A stretch of 64,000 bases of DNA from Paraspadella gotoi (lineage: Eukaryota; Animalia; Chaetognatha), in assembly GCA_051294375.1 (NCBI GenBank), contig CM119268.1, forward strand, positions 3,884,799 through 3,948,798, read 5' to 3'. A program made the translations under genes and the position numbers. Shown here in pieces: positions 28,597 through 41,928 of the stretch (position 1 is the stretch's first letter; the number at the start of each line of letters is the position of its first letter). Below the pieces are notes generated by a model, which saw only the letters and a list, made by a program, of their open reading frames with translations, did no database searches and was not told the origin of the DNA.

Positions 28597-31373
28597 CATA
28601 TTAAAAAAATTATTAAAAGTGTTGGTCAACTTTTAAATCGCAACGTTTTTTATAAGTTTTTCAGGTCGCATCAATTTAAGCGGTACATTGTAATTTGCAT
28701 ATTGTAAAAGTTGTTTGTTTTTTTATTATTTCCTCATTCACCCATTTGTTCCACCTTCTTTTTATAACAAGGGTTCAGACGCGAAATAGCACTTTCGTGA
28801 ATTTCATGAAATAAATTAAAATGAACTAAATCTCCTTTCTTCATCAACTTTTTTTACATTTTTTTAAAAATAATTCAATCCATAATGTTTAATTTGAATG
28901 GTGCGGACAAAATTGTTAAGGGCGACCGATTTCGCCGACCGCTTGTTTGAAAAAATCTCGTATTTTATTCTGAATTTAGATTTTTATCAGCGAATATCAT
29001 TAAACTGACGTTTGATTAAACGACGTTCACGACTTGACTCTATCTCTCTCTTTCTTTTTCTCTCTGCTCTCTCTCTCCTGCAATCTTTTTATTCTTTTTT
29101 AAAGAATGAATTTCTGAATTTTAAACTTCTCATTCTTGAGAAAGTTTTAGATAAAATCTTGCAGGAAAACAGTTGTACTCTTTCGATCCGTGATCAAGTA
29201 ACCACTGTTAGAACATCACAACAACATCCCTAACAAAATGTATAAAAAAAAAAAAAGGATGAGAAACTGAGAGACAAGAATTTTCCCTCATCTCCCGCGA
29301 ACGCTTGACCTTTCCGACCCGACCTTCTCGTTAATTCTCCGCTCGCTTCCTCATTAACTTCCACTCTGTGTCTCATATTTTTTCTTTTTTTTTTTACGAT
29401 TTTCTTTTTTTTCCGATGGCGATAGACTTTTTCTTTTTTTTTTTTTTTAAGGCGCTCATTTTTATTCGTTATTATTTTTCCCGCGGACGGACTGACGACG
29501 AACGGACGGACGGAAAGCCAGAAAGAGGACGGACAGACGAACGGACGGACAGACAGAGGGGTCGAATGGACGGACGTCCCGACCTCTAGCGGTCATCAAT
29601 CAAGATTCGTGGAAAAGACGAAAAATTTGGGAAAAAAAGTCTGGGAGGCGAAAATGGCGATGGAGGTGAGTGAGTGGAGAGAGGTGAGAAGTGGGAGAAT
29701 TTGGTGGTGCATTTGCTCTCTCTCTCTCCCCCCCCTCTTCTCATATTTTCACGTCGCATCCTCTTCCTCTCCTGAGTTTTCTTTCTACCTTCCGATCCTC
29801 TTCCACTTCCTCCATCTCTTCCTCCTCCTCTTCCACCTTCCTCCTCCCTCTTCCTCTTCCTCCCATCTCTTCCTCCTCCCTCTTCCTCTTCCTCCTCTTC
29901 CTCCCTCTTATAAAAGCCGTCCTCTCTCTCTCTCTCGTCACCACCAGAACCGAAATAATCGAGGATCGGACGTCGAATCCTCTGATCAGGAAAAAAAAAG
30001 CCCGGGATCCAAAACCCGCCTGGGAAATCCGTGGGTCAGAGAGAGAGAGAGAGCGAGAGAGAGACAGAGACAGAGACAAAAAAACGTCGCAAGCTTCTCT
30101 CTTTGGTCAGCGCGACTCTCAGAGTGAAAGGTAAGTTCAATGTCTAATTTTCGTTGTATTTGTTGTTATAATCATAGTTTTAAAAATAAGTTTAGTAAAG
30201 AAATCACTACTTTCGGATTTATGTCGGACTCTTATGAGCCAGATTGCTTCTTGAAGAAAGAATTATTTTATACAATCCTTCACCCTTCAGATGTAAACTT
30301 ACCAATATTATTTTATTTTTTCTCATCATAACTTTCCTATCTTCAACATTACTTACCTTTTAATTTTGACCCGCATTGTTTAAAAAGGAAACTTTAAAGA
30401 TAATGTTTCATTCATTGGTTAGACGGTACGTGATTTATTTTATCATTCAGCTATATTTTTATATATATATTTTTTGTATATATTTTTCAATTCTAAAAAA
30501 GTTAAAACTCACGCGACAGAGTCCGAGACGCAAGATGGCGACGGAAAAGTTGAGTCCAAAACATCCGGATTGGATTTGGCTTCAATCCCCGTCCGATCAG
30601 CTGATGGCCGAAAGGTCTGCTCCGTTTGATCCGAAGGTGAGGATGATTCGGCGAGTTTTACGGATGAGTCACATAGATAAGTCTGACTGTTGATATTTTT
30701 TGTACTGAACATTAATTGATTGAGACTGAACTGAACTGAACTGAACTGAACTAAAGTGAACTGAAATGAACTGAACTGAACTGAACTGAAATGAAATGAA
30801 CTGACTGAACAGAACTGAACTGAAATGAAATGAACTGACTGAACTGAACTGAACATTAAGTGATTGAGACGGCGGTTATCGTCCAGAATGAAGCTTGGCT
30901 AAATGAATGAAGAATGAAGAATGAAGCTTGGCTCTTTGAATAAATGAATGAAGAATGAAGCTTGGCTCTTTGAATAAATCATTCATGAATTGATGAAATG
31001 ATGAGAAAACGAATATAGGAGAAAGATTAAATTAATGATTGCAAGCTGCATGAATGATAGAATCAATTGATCAATCAAGTAATAAACCATTAAATGAGTC
31101 AATGAAAGAATCAAATCCTAAATCAAAGACCAGATTCACTGTTGAATTTATTTATGTTTGAATACCCGAACAAATATAATATTATAATTTTAAGATTTAG
31201 GATGTAAAATCATCAATTAATTAATTAATTAATTAACTTACCCGAATTTTCTTCTAGACGGAATGTTGGGTGGCTGACCCGGAACTTGTCTACGTGAAAG
31301 GAAAGATTGTTGGAGGAGACGGCGACAAAGCCATTCAAGTTCAGACCGAAAATGGCAACGTGAGTGGAACTCG

Positions 31374-31450
<77 letters not shown>

Positions 31451-32829
31451 TTTGTTATAACGCTCTATCTTATTTGCATATTGCAGTATTGATCTGTATA
31501 CTCATTACGAGCAAACGCTCTCGTTTACCTAATTACCTTTAATTAATAATTAAAAAAGATAAAAAAACAATCATTTTTTTCTCGCGTTCTAATTGGTGGA
31601 AAAAAATAATTCTTTGCTGCGATTAGATAAGTCTTCGTTCTTGCTTCAGCGTCTATGCGACGTCGGTTAAATGTTACGTTATTTTATTTTTAACATGGAA
31701 ACATCCTGGCCAATAAAATTAACTTGGCAAATTTTTCTCCATTTTATCAATACTGTTGATGAGATTTTAATTCAATTTGAAGTATTATTTTTAATATCCT
31801 TGTCTCTCTTAGTCCTACACACTCCCCAAAGAAGAAGTTCTGGAATGCAATCTCCCCGAAGTTCCACAAAGAGGAGGACATGTCCAACTTGTCAGTCTTG
31901 AACAAGTTAGTTCAGACTTTTATTTCCTGACAGATTTGAATGTATCAGAATGTGTAAAAAAAATATTTAAACGTAAGCTGAGCTTTTTATTAATAACAAA
32001 AAAAAATCACCGCTCATTTCAATAGAGTAGCGAAATTGTGTAAAATCGGTACCACAAATATCAAAATTATTAATTCGTTCAATAAATAAATGCAAATTTA
32101 ATAATTTGATAAAAAAGAATATGGCGTAAAAAACCCAAACAATTCTCCTTTCTCCTCACCCCCTCTCCCCCCTTCACTTACCTTGGAAAAAAAGAGCCTG
32201 CGTCCTGCAAAATCTCCGCAGCCGCTACGTCGTGCTGCAATCTACACCTACTCGGGTCTCTTCTGCATCTGCATCAATCCTTACAAGTGGCTCATGGTCT
32301 ACACGCCCATCATGAGAGCGCATTACAGGAACAGGCGGAGGAACGAGGCCCCGCCGCATCTCTACGCCGTAGCAGACGGAGCGTTGCAGCTGCTGGAGAT
32401 GGGTGAGGAAGGAATGATGATGATGTTGATGATGATAATCATGCCGACGAAGATCGTATTATTATTAATGATGATGATAATGACGACGACGACGTTGATT
32501 TTGATGATGATAATAATGATTATGATAATGATGACGACGACGATTATGACGATGACGATAATTGATGATTGACGATGATTATGAAGACAATGATGATCAC
32601 TGGACGATTCTTTTATTCGACCCTAAAATCCATAGAGCCTTTTTTGTAGTTAGAATAATTTTAAGCTTAAGCTTTTTTTTATGATCAACCATTTTACTTT
32701 TTACCCAATCGCTTCAGAGAGTAAGAATCAGTCGTCTCTCATCACCGGAGAATCGGGAGCAGGAAAAACGGAAAACACTAAAAAAGTCTTGCAGTACTAC
32801 GCTCTCAATTGCGCGGATCCGAAAGTCAG

Positions 32830-32872
<43 letters not shown>

Positions 32873-32940
32873 ACTAATCATCTAATTGCCTTCAGGCCGC
32901 CAAGTCCAAAGCTGACACTTTCGGCAAGATGGGTTCATCT
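27684..32940 (+). repeat. Direct about 5.3 kb duplicate of 39421 to about 44712 (myosin promoter and 5' exons), ending at an N gap
   Basis: Near-identical sequence, differing mainly in microsatellite and homopolymer lengths. N gap at 32951-32975. Confidence 0.95.
30535..32937 (+). pseudogene. Partial duplicate of the myosin heavy chain 5' exons (probably an uncollapsed haplotype)
   Basis: MATEKLSPKHPDW... through GESGAGKT, with indels at about 31851 and 32239. Truncated at the gap. Confidence 0.75.
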
Positions 32941-32975
32941 CTCTCTTGGGNNNNNNNNNNNNNNNNNNNNNNNNN

Positions 32976-35900
32976 AAAGATCAAAAGAATTTCGAAGAGG
33001 AGTTTTCCGACTCTCGAGCGATGGAAACAATTTATCTGAGTCGAGGTTGCATCTTCAACCGCGAAGTCTTGAATCCGTTAAAGAAAAAATCCCTGCAATG
33101 GAAGCAGTTGAGATGTGGGACTTTCCATTATATAAAATGCAATGGAACTCTTTAATTGATCAAAAATTTATTAACTTACCATTTTGAGATGCGATCGTTT
33201 AATTAAAACACTTACCTTCACAGTTAATACTATTACTTACTGTTCGAAGATGTCCGATCCAGTTGGTGTGCAACGATACCTTCAAGAATGGGAACACCTC
33301 TACGATGAATGAGGAAAGATGGACGACAAACATTTGCGGAAGGACCTCAATGTGAAAGGAGCAAAGAGGCGAAGTCGAACGGCATCCAGAATGGCACAAG
33401 TACAAACCTGAAGACATCAAAATGAAGCTGAAGGAAGCCGCCGAAAAGGACGTCCGAAACGCGTTAGGATGGAAGAAGACGGGCTGTGATGCTCAAATTT
33501 CACCAGAAAGAAAAGACTGAAACTTATAATGAGATTTACAATATGATTGATGAATATATAAAGGAAAACAGGAAGAAATTCAAATCCTGTCTTAAATCGA
33601 ACTTACCTTGTTTAAATTATTTATGTTTTGCCTTCAGGAATATTCAGAAACAATGCAAGGCTGCAGTGGGTTACCTTGCCTATCGATATAAGGACTTTCG
33701 AGCATTCATAGTAAAAGAACGGAAGAGTTGAACAATGAAGCTCCCGATTGTGTTGAAAAGTGTTTCGACCTCATCAAAAACTATTCCTTGGAACTGAAGC
33801 AATTGCAGGAAGTCCGCTGAAGGTCAAGACGAATCGAATCAAATTCTTGGGAAGAGGAAATATGCTTCATCGAGAAATGGAAGAAGATTCGACTTGCTGG
33901 AAGGGCGCATCTTCATAAAGAAAGTGTCGAGACATAATGGAAGAATTGCCATGAGAAAATAACTCAAACTTACCTCAAAGTTATTCGGTTCGCCTTCTTT
34001 CACTAATAATTGTCTTATTTTTAAATAAATTTATTCAGCTCTTACTTGCTACAATGGCTCAATGAAATCCATTTTCGAGATTCAAGATGAGATTGCTCGC
34101 GATTGGGAGAGAGCGAGGAATATCAAAGATCGTTTTGAAGAATTCTGCGGTTGAGAGCATAGTCTTTCGGGAATATGAAATTCGAATCCGGAAGAAAAGG
34201 GGAAAGAGAGGAAAGGATGAGAGGCAATAAAGCCATCGAGGCGTCCGAACTGTACAAGGACATCAAGAATTGGAAGATCGCCAAAAATGGGCAAGGAATG
34301 CGAAAACCGCAAAAGACCAGAATCTTGGTGAAATTTATGATGAAATTGAAAGGCCGGGCAAAGAGACTCCAGGATCAGGCAAAAGAACGTTTAATGAAAA
34401 TATAAAACAAAACTTAATCTTTATTAGGCATTCCGGATTAGTGATTTATATCAATTGTATCAATTCACTTACCTTGTAGTTACAGAATGACATTAAATTC
34501 TGAGTTTTACGTTCGAAGAAATGAGACTTGTTTGCCGATCATATTTGGTTCCGGATTCGTTGGAAAGAGCTTTAAAAAGACTTGAAGAGGCTTTGAAAAG
34601 GAATTGGCTCAAGAAGAACAAGAAATTGAAAAGGGACGAAAGGAGAAAGGACAAACGAAGTATCGAATGCCATGAAGGGCAGACAGAATATTTGCAATAT
34701 CGCATTAAGATGCTGAGGAAATGGCCGGACATTTTGAAAAAAGATGGGAAAAATATTCGCCACCAGAATTTACAGAATTCCTGAGTATTGTTGAAATTTT
34801 TAAATACTTACCTTTTTCTAAATTTCAGCTTCTCACTAATATTTTAAAATGTCTGAAGTGAGAAGAACTTCAAAAAAATACGCCAGAGAAACGCGATATT
34901 CTGGCTACCTACCAATCTTGAAGACGCACTGGATGAAATCCAGAAGAGAGAAGACAATTGGTCCGAAGAATTCAAGAGTATGGATCCATGGTGCTGATGA
35001 ACGAGAATTCAGAACAATTGCACAACTTACCAGATGGGCGAAAATCCTGGAAGACAAAGAGATATATTTTCACTCGGAACCAAAACTGTAATGGAATTTA
35101 CCTTGCTAACTTACCTGTTCTTTTTTTTTGGTCAAGTCAAAGCAAATTTGACATTTTTTGATATCTTGATAATCAACTTATTTTCAGGTAAAAATGGATT
35201 TCATTGCTTTTAACAAGAATTCGAGATCAATTAAACAGAGACTGGATGCAGCTCAACGAAAAGCCATGGGGTCAAGAGAAGACAAAATCCATCATCGATC
35301 TGACTATCAGGGAAATGCCCTATGGAACCTGAGAGAAGAAGGGATCAGAAGACAAGTTCCTCAACCATTGCTGAAATCAGAAAGGAAGTGAAAAGTCAAC
35401 CGACATCGTACGGCTGATCGGGAGGCTCTGAAGATCAAACCTGAAACGCTAGCATTTATCTCCGGTTTTATGAAGCGCAGAAGGAAAAGATGGAGACTCT
35501 TGAAAGAGAGAATTCTCTTTAACAAACCTGTAACGGTCATCATCATCAATTGCCTATATTTGGTGTATTCCATTCGTTATTAATTGAAATGTTATTTATC
35601 TGTTTATTCATTTATTAAGCTTATCAAAGTATGTCAAGAGAACAAGACTTTGATCATTGGATTCGTGGCCATAGCCAAATTACCTACGTTATAAAAACTC
35701 GAATGAAACAAGAGGTTAATCAAAGGATGCCGAGTTCTGCGGAAGAGTCCCTCGAACAAGCCAGAAGCAACGACTCGGAGATGGCAAGAATTGAAAACCG
35801 CTGTCGAGACGAAACTGGCAGAAAACCCTGCGGCGGACGTCGAAGCCGAAAGAAAAAGAATTCAATTTATCGACGACGAAAATACAAACTGGTCCTTTGG

Positions 35901-35982
35901 GCGATGTTTAAGATTCAACGAGGAGATCTGTTTCGCTCAAAAAACTTTAAATGAAATCGCGCCAAATCAACGCGAGAATTAA
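32976..35982 (+). other. Array of about 8 short, same-strand, K/E/R/W-rich ORF-like units separated by AT-rich spacers
   Basis: ATGs at 33250, 33653, 34054, 34487, 34849, 35194 and 35631, all with A at -3. Each follows an AG acceptor-like site, and most follow an ACTTAC motif. Frames are broken by apparent indels. Confidence 0.5.
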
Positions 35983-36299
35983 TATTTGTATTGTTCGTAA
36001 TATTATTGTTTGGTTGCTCAATTGAGTTTATTGTTTTGAATAATCAATTACCTGTTCTCAAACTTACCCTTTAACAGTGTGTCTTTCCGATAATAAGCGC
36101 TATCGCACTAAAAACCTCGAACGCTCAACTGCGCGAATCTTTATAAACTTTGAATTAAAAAATTACGCGATTTGAAGGAGTCTTCACCGAATCCAAAGCA
36201 ATAACTTATTCTAGGTGAGAATGTCTGTCACTTACCTGGAAGACTATTATTTATATGTAATTATTACACAAATTATTCAATATACTCACCCATATTCAG

Positions 36300-37566
36300 A
36301 TGCTCACTCTCGTGACACGATGTGGGAAACGAAGAGCTCCTCACCTCCGCTCGACGTCCAGGAGAGGACTACGCCTCCATCTTCCCGTCGACCCCTCTCT
36401 TCGATTCCGAGAATTGCGCGAATCCGGACGATGTCGCAGGCTTCAACAGAAAGGACCGTGAACCTCTGCACCCCTCCCAACCCCAATACCCGTCCCAACT
36501 TCAACACCCGTCAATTCCGAACGCTCCACCCGCTTTCAGCTCACCTATTTCCCCCCTCATGAATCTTCCGGAGTATTTAAACTGTCATTTATTGTGGGAT
36601 TATCATTGCATTATTATTTTTATTACTTACCTGGTGACTTTCGCAGTCGACCATACCTTCAACGTCAACCTCTAACGCAGCGTTGGAGGACTCCACATCA
36701 AGCGACGGCAACTCTGCCGTACGAGATTCCGCCAACTCCGAAGACCCCCGCCCAACTTACCGACGACCTTGTTTGGGCCGCCTTCGCGAAAAATACCGCC
36801 GATTCGATGAGAAACGGAAAGATAGACACCTCAAATGCAACAATAACTTAAAGTCTCCTCGCGCTGAACAACGAAAACATTCCGTTCATCATCGGAATTC
36901 AGATGAATGGAAGTTCAGGCCGGATGTTCCGCTTTCCGGCAAGATCGGAAAGTGGATAAAGACGTGCCGTAAGAATTGGCGAAAAGTCGCGAGGAAAAGG
37001 CGGATTGATTTCGTAAAGTTCGTCTTCGAAAATTCTTGGACTGATCGTCAATCCAGCGAAGGCCAAGACGAACGGCTCCATTTCCCTTCCAGCGGCGACA
37101 AAAAGGCGACCTCAGCAAAACGAACGTCGTCGTCAAAGCTCCAGCTCATCAACGTCTTCGTCGTCCATTGCCGAAAAGTAGCGCCGCCCGGCGTGCCACT
37201 AGCGTCGTCGTCTTTCATCGACATCCCAGCGGAAAACGAAAAAACCGCGAAGCGACGAAGTTCGTCGTCTCCTGGCCGAGAAAGAAGCTCTCAAAATGGA
37301 ACGCGACAAATACAAGGCTCGCGCAACAAAGTACGAAGAAGAACTCGCTCAGGAAAAGAAAATTGCGTGAAAAGGATCGCGATCGTTACGAGGAAAAGAT
37401 CCAGAAACTAAGGGAAGATTGCGACAAGCGTATCGATAGAATGACGGAAACTCACCTTCATGAAATAAGGAGCTGCGCGAAGCTCTTTGCGCTCCTCGGC
37501 AATCTTCGAAATCTCATTCGCCATCAAAGAACAAAGAAAATCGTGAGTCGCCAAAATGCGCGTTAA
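36300..37566 (+). CDS. Unknown Pro-rich / basic coiled-coil protein, frameshifted
   Basis: Overlapping + ORFs 36322-36675, 36594-36851, 36683-37411 and 37168-37566 (...REKDRDRYEEKIQKLREDCDKRIDRM...) suggest one gene broken by errors or an intron. Confidence 0.35.
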
Positions 37567-37589
37567 TAGTGAACCCTTTAAAATCGCGG

Positions 37590-37975
37590 TCACTCGTCCC
37601 CACTTACCTGCCTTTGACCCTCCTCCCACCTCCAATATTTGACGAAAAACCCCGTCAATCCCCACCCCCCCATAAAAAACATAAAAAGTAATATCACTTA
37701 CCTGTACATATTTTCATCCTTATTTATCTGTATTTACGATTTCCATGTCCAAAAATTGGCGAAAACCCCCGTCAATCTCCACTTACCGTGTTCTGATCCC
37801 ATTTTTTCGTGTCTAAAAATTGGCGAAAACCCCGTCAATTCTCACCTACCTGTTATCCTGATCTTATTTTCCGTGCCCAAAATTGATGAAAACCCCCGTC
37901 AATCCCACTTACCCGTTCTTCAATTCCCCTTTCCATTCTTTTATGTATTCATCTGACAAAAACCCCCGTCAATTC
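37590..37975. repeat. About 60 bp tandem repeat (AAAATTGGCGAAAACCCCGTCAATC..CACTTACC), about 6 degenerate copies
   Basis: AAAACCCC(C)GTCAAT recurs at about 37645, 37762, 37826, 37888 and 37959. Confidence 0.85.
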
Positions 37976-38488
37976 TATCCTATAAAACAGTGAAATTGGT
38001 ATAATTACTCGCTATATATTAACATTATTATCGGTCAGTTTAATTTTGTACCATAAAGAATCAAATTTATTTCAACTTGGCGTAAATTACCTGATACGTC
38101 TCAAAACAATTTATTATTAAATGTTAATCAACTATCACAATTATTAATCATTATTATTACTTACCTACGATCCAATTTGAGTTATTACTTGAATATTATT
38201 GTCGTATATTCTGGTGTAAATTAACATTAATGTCGAATGATTACTCACCTGTTCCCTGGCTAAAAGTAATAAATATTATGGACAACGTAATAAAGTAAAA
38301 GGTTTTAAATTTTCAAATTAGATAGTCGAGAAAAAACAAGTACAAATTTAATTACCCCTCACAAATGGGGGAGAGTGAGACCCTTTTTTTCAAAAGCTAA
38401 CTTCCCAAACTAAACCCGAGTAAATTCAAACAGCACATAATTTGTGTGGAAATAATTAATCGATCGAGACAAACTGAGACGCGTTTCC

Positions 38489-38927
38489 ATGACAACCGAG
38501 TTCGTCGAAAGCTTGAACGATCTGATTCTGTACCGAAAGTCCGACGGTGGGAGCGGACCGGTCCAAAAGGACGAATCTGCAGACGGATCGCCGACGGATC
38601 GCGGATGGGATCACCGACGAATCTGCAGACGGGATCGCAGATGGGATCACCGACGAATCTGCAGACGGGATTGCAGACGGGATCGCCGACGGATTGCAGA
38701 CGGGATCGCCGACGGACTTGCAGATGGGACTGCAGACAGGATCGCGACGGGCATCGCAAGATGGGACCGCGGACGGGCTAGCAGATGGAATTATCGAACG
38801 ATCGAGATCGGGTTGGGAAATTGCAGCCGCAAACGGGGGAGTTATCGCAGCATTGCAGCATCGGGGATGCAGGCCTTTGGGACGGGGGAGTAAGAAGGAA
38901 GAAATGATAAAACCTCCTTCAAGATGA
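38489..38927 (+). CDS. Unknown protein with a 12-bp / (ADGI)n tetrapeptide repeat, frameshifted
   Basis: MTTEFVESLNDLILYRK... followed by GCAGACGGGATC-type units giving IADGITDESADGIADG across frames. Confidence 0.35.
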
Positions 38928-39708
38928 CGCAGTCTGAAATGATTTAGATGTACCACTATGTCTGCGCTTTCTTTATTTGGCAACCTTGACATACGAGTAT
39001 TACAATGTTCCAAGGTGCGAGTGTAACAATAGGCCGCTAGCATTAATGGTACGAGCGGAGAATGGGATGGAACGATGATCATCTGTTTCCTAATAATCCC
39101 TTACTTTCACCCTCTACCGTTCTCAGGTTCCAGCTCATTCTCCGATGGAAGGCCGAATCGTAAACATCGAAAATAATAATTTTCTACTATTTCACAAAAA
39201 TGTAAATATTTAATTAAATATTTATTATTATTATAACTAAGAATTAATTAATAAATTAATTCTTCCTTCCATTCTAGGTTTTGAACAAATTCCATTGTTC
39301 TTATTTTGGAATTCCGCGAAAATGTATCGTCTTCTAAAATATACCTTGGTAGTTCTACATTAGTGAATTATATTTAAGGTATTAATAGTATAGATTAGTT
39401 AGCATTTTTAATCCTCCCCTTTCTGCCCCCCCCCACACCCCTCGCCTGTCCAGTGTCCACCGCCTCTATATTCCCTTGTCTCTTATCTTTAACCACCCTC
39501 TACCATCCCTCTTCATTTATCCCCACCACCCTCAAACCCTTGACACCCTAATCCCCACACGCACACCCTACACCACTCCGCCACTCAACCTGTCGCTTTT
39601 CGCTTTCATCCTTTTTGTTTTGATTTCGTCTCATTTTTATTTTGTTTTTTTTTCCTTCGTCGATGAACTTCTTGGTTCTTTCATCATCATCATCATCATC
39701 ATCATCAT

Positions 39709-39743
<35 letters not shown>

Positions 39744-39758
39744 TATCATTTCATCATC

Positions 39759-39796
<38 letters not shown>

Positions 39797-40262
39797 GTGT
39801 CGCATATGTAAAGAATTAAGTACTTTTTCACGAAAGCCTTGAGGAATTTTTGTAAAAAATTAGCTAGATTTTATACTGTAACCACATAGATTCAAGTCGA
39901 ATCTTACTTTTACAATACGAAAAACTAATTTAGAAAGCGTGTTTATTATTAACAATAATTGATAATATGGAGAAAAATAGACAAAGAAAATATTGCGGCC
40001 AGAAACTATCTATCATCTTTCCTTTCGTCTTAATCTTAAATCATCATCGTCGTCGTCGTCGTCGTCGTCATAACTATCAAAGGTAGAAATGAAATATGTC
40101 GTCCATATAGAAAAGAGACGCGAAATTGACGAGACTTTCGTGCCTTTTAACATTTTATATCTTTATTTTTTTAATATCTTTTTCATTTGATTTTTTTTCT
40201 CTCACTTTCGGGCGGCGAACGAATCCATTCATCCCCAGCCGTATCAGTCACCCGCGTTTCGT

Positions 40263-40398
<136 letters not shown>

Positions 40399-41706
40399 CA
40401 TATTAAAAAAATTATTAAAAGTGTTGGTCAACTTTTTAAATCGCAACGTTTTTTATAACGTTTTTCAGGTCGCATCAATTTAAGCGGTACATTGTAATTT
40501 GCATATTGTAAAAGTTGTTTGTTTTTTTATTATTTCCTCATTCACCCATTTGTTCCACCTTTCTTTTTATAACAAGGGTTCAGACGCGAAATAGCACTTT
40601 CGTGAATTTTCATGAAATAAATTAAAATGAACTAAATCTCCTTTCTTCATCAACTTTTTTACATTTTTTTAAAAATAATTCAATCCATAATGTTTAATTT
40701 GAATGGTGCGGACAAAATTGTTAAGGGCGACCGATTTCGCCGACCGCTGTTTGAAAAAATCTCGTATTTTATTCTGAATTTAGATTTTTATCAGCGAATA
40801 TCATTAAACTGACGTTTGATTAAACGACGTTCACGACTTGACTCTATTCTCTCTCTTTCTTTTTCTCTCTGCTCTCTCTCCTGCAATCTTTTTATTTTTT
40901 AAAGAATGAATTTCTGAATTTTTAACTTCTCATTCTTGAGAAAGTTTTAGATAAAATCTTGCAGGAAAACAGTTTTACTCTTTCGATCCGTGATCAAGTA
41001 ACCACTGTTAGAACATCACAACAACATCCCTAACAAAATGTATAAAAAAAAAAAAGGATGAGAAACTGAGAGACAAGAATTTTCCCTCATCTCCCGCGAA
41101 CGCTTGACCTTTCCGACCCGACCTTCTCGTTAATTCTCCGCTCGCTTCCTCATTAACTTCCACTCTGTGTCTCATATTTTTTTTTTTTTTTTTTACGATT
41201 TTCTTTTTTTTCCGATGGCGATAGACTTTTTCTTTTTTTTTTTAAGGCGCTCATTTTTATTCGTTATTATTTTTCCCGCGGACGGACTGACGGACGAACG
41301 GACGGACGGAAAGCCAGAAAGAGGGACGGACAGACGAACGGACGGACAGACAGAGGGGTCGAATGGACGGACGTCCCGACCTCTAGCGGTCATCAATCAA
41401 GATTCGTGAAAAAGACGAAAAATTTGGGAAAAAAAGTCTGGGAGGCGAAAATGGCGATGGAGGTGAGTGAGTGGAGAGAGGTGAGAAGTGGGAGAATTTG
41501 GTGGTGCATTTGCTCTCTCTCTCTCCCCCCCCTCTTCTCATATTTTCACGTCGCATCCTCTTCCTCTCCTGAGTTTTCTTTCTACCTTCCGATCCTCTTC
41601 CACTTCCTCCCATCTCTTCCTCCTCCTCTTCCACCTTCCTCCTCCCTCTTCCTCTTCCTCCCATCTCTTCCTCCTCCCTCTTCCTCTTCCTCCTCTTCCT
41701 CCCTCT

Positions 41707-41928
41707 TATAAAAGCCGTCCTCTCTCTCTCTCTCGTCACCACCAGAACCGAAATAATCGAGGATCGGACGTCGAATCCTCTGATCAGGAAAAAAAAAGCC
41801 CGGGATCCAAAACCCGCCTGGGAAATCCGTGGGTCAGAGAGAGAGAGAGAGCGAGAGAGAGACAGAGACAGAGACAAAAAACGTCGCAAGCTTCTCTCTT
41901 TGGTCAGCGCGACTCTCAGAGTGAAAGG
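41707..41928 (+). promoter_or_regulatory. TATA box and probable non-coding first exon of the myosin gene (copy at 29909-30130)
   Basis: TATAAAA at 41707 follows a CT-rich tract. A strong AG|GTAAGT donor lies at about 41928, and an acceptor lies just before the ATG at 42335. Confidence 0.6.

Noticed and set aside
27684-32940. True tandem duplication of the myosin gene
   Set aside because: It is near-identical including introns, differs mostly by homopolymer and microsatellite length, and ends at an N gap. An uncollapsed haplotype is more likely.
37590-37975. CRISPR-like repeat-spacer array
   Set aside because: The context is eukaryotic, the repeats are degenerate, the spacers resemble each other and there are no cas genes. 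It is a minisatellite.
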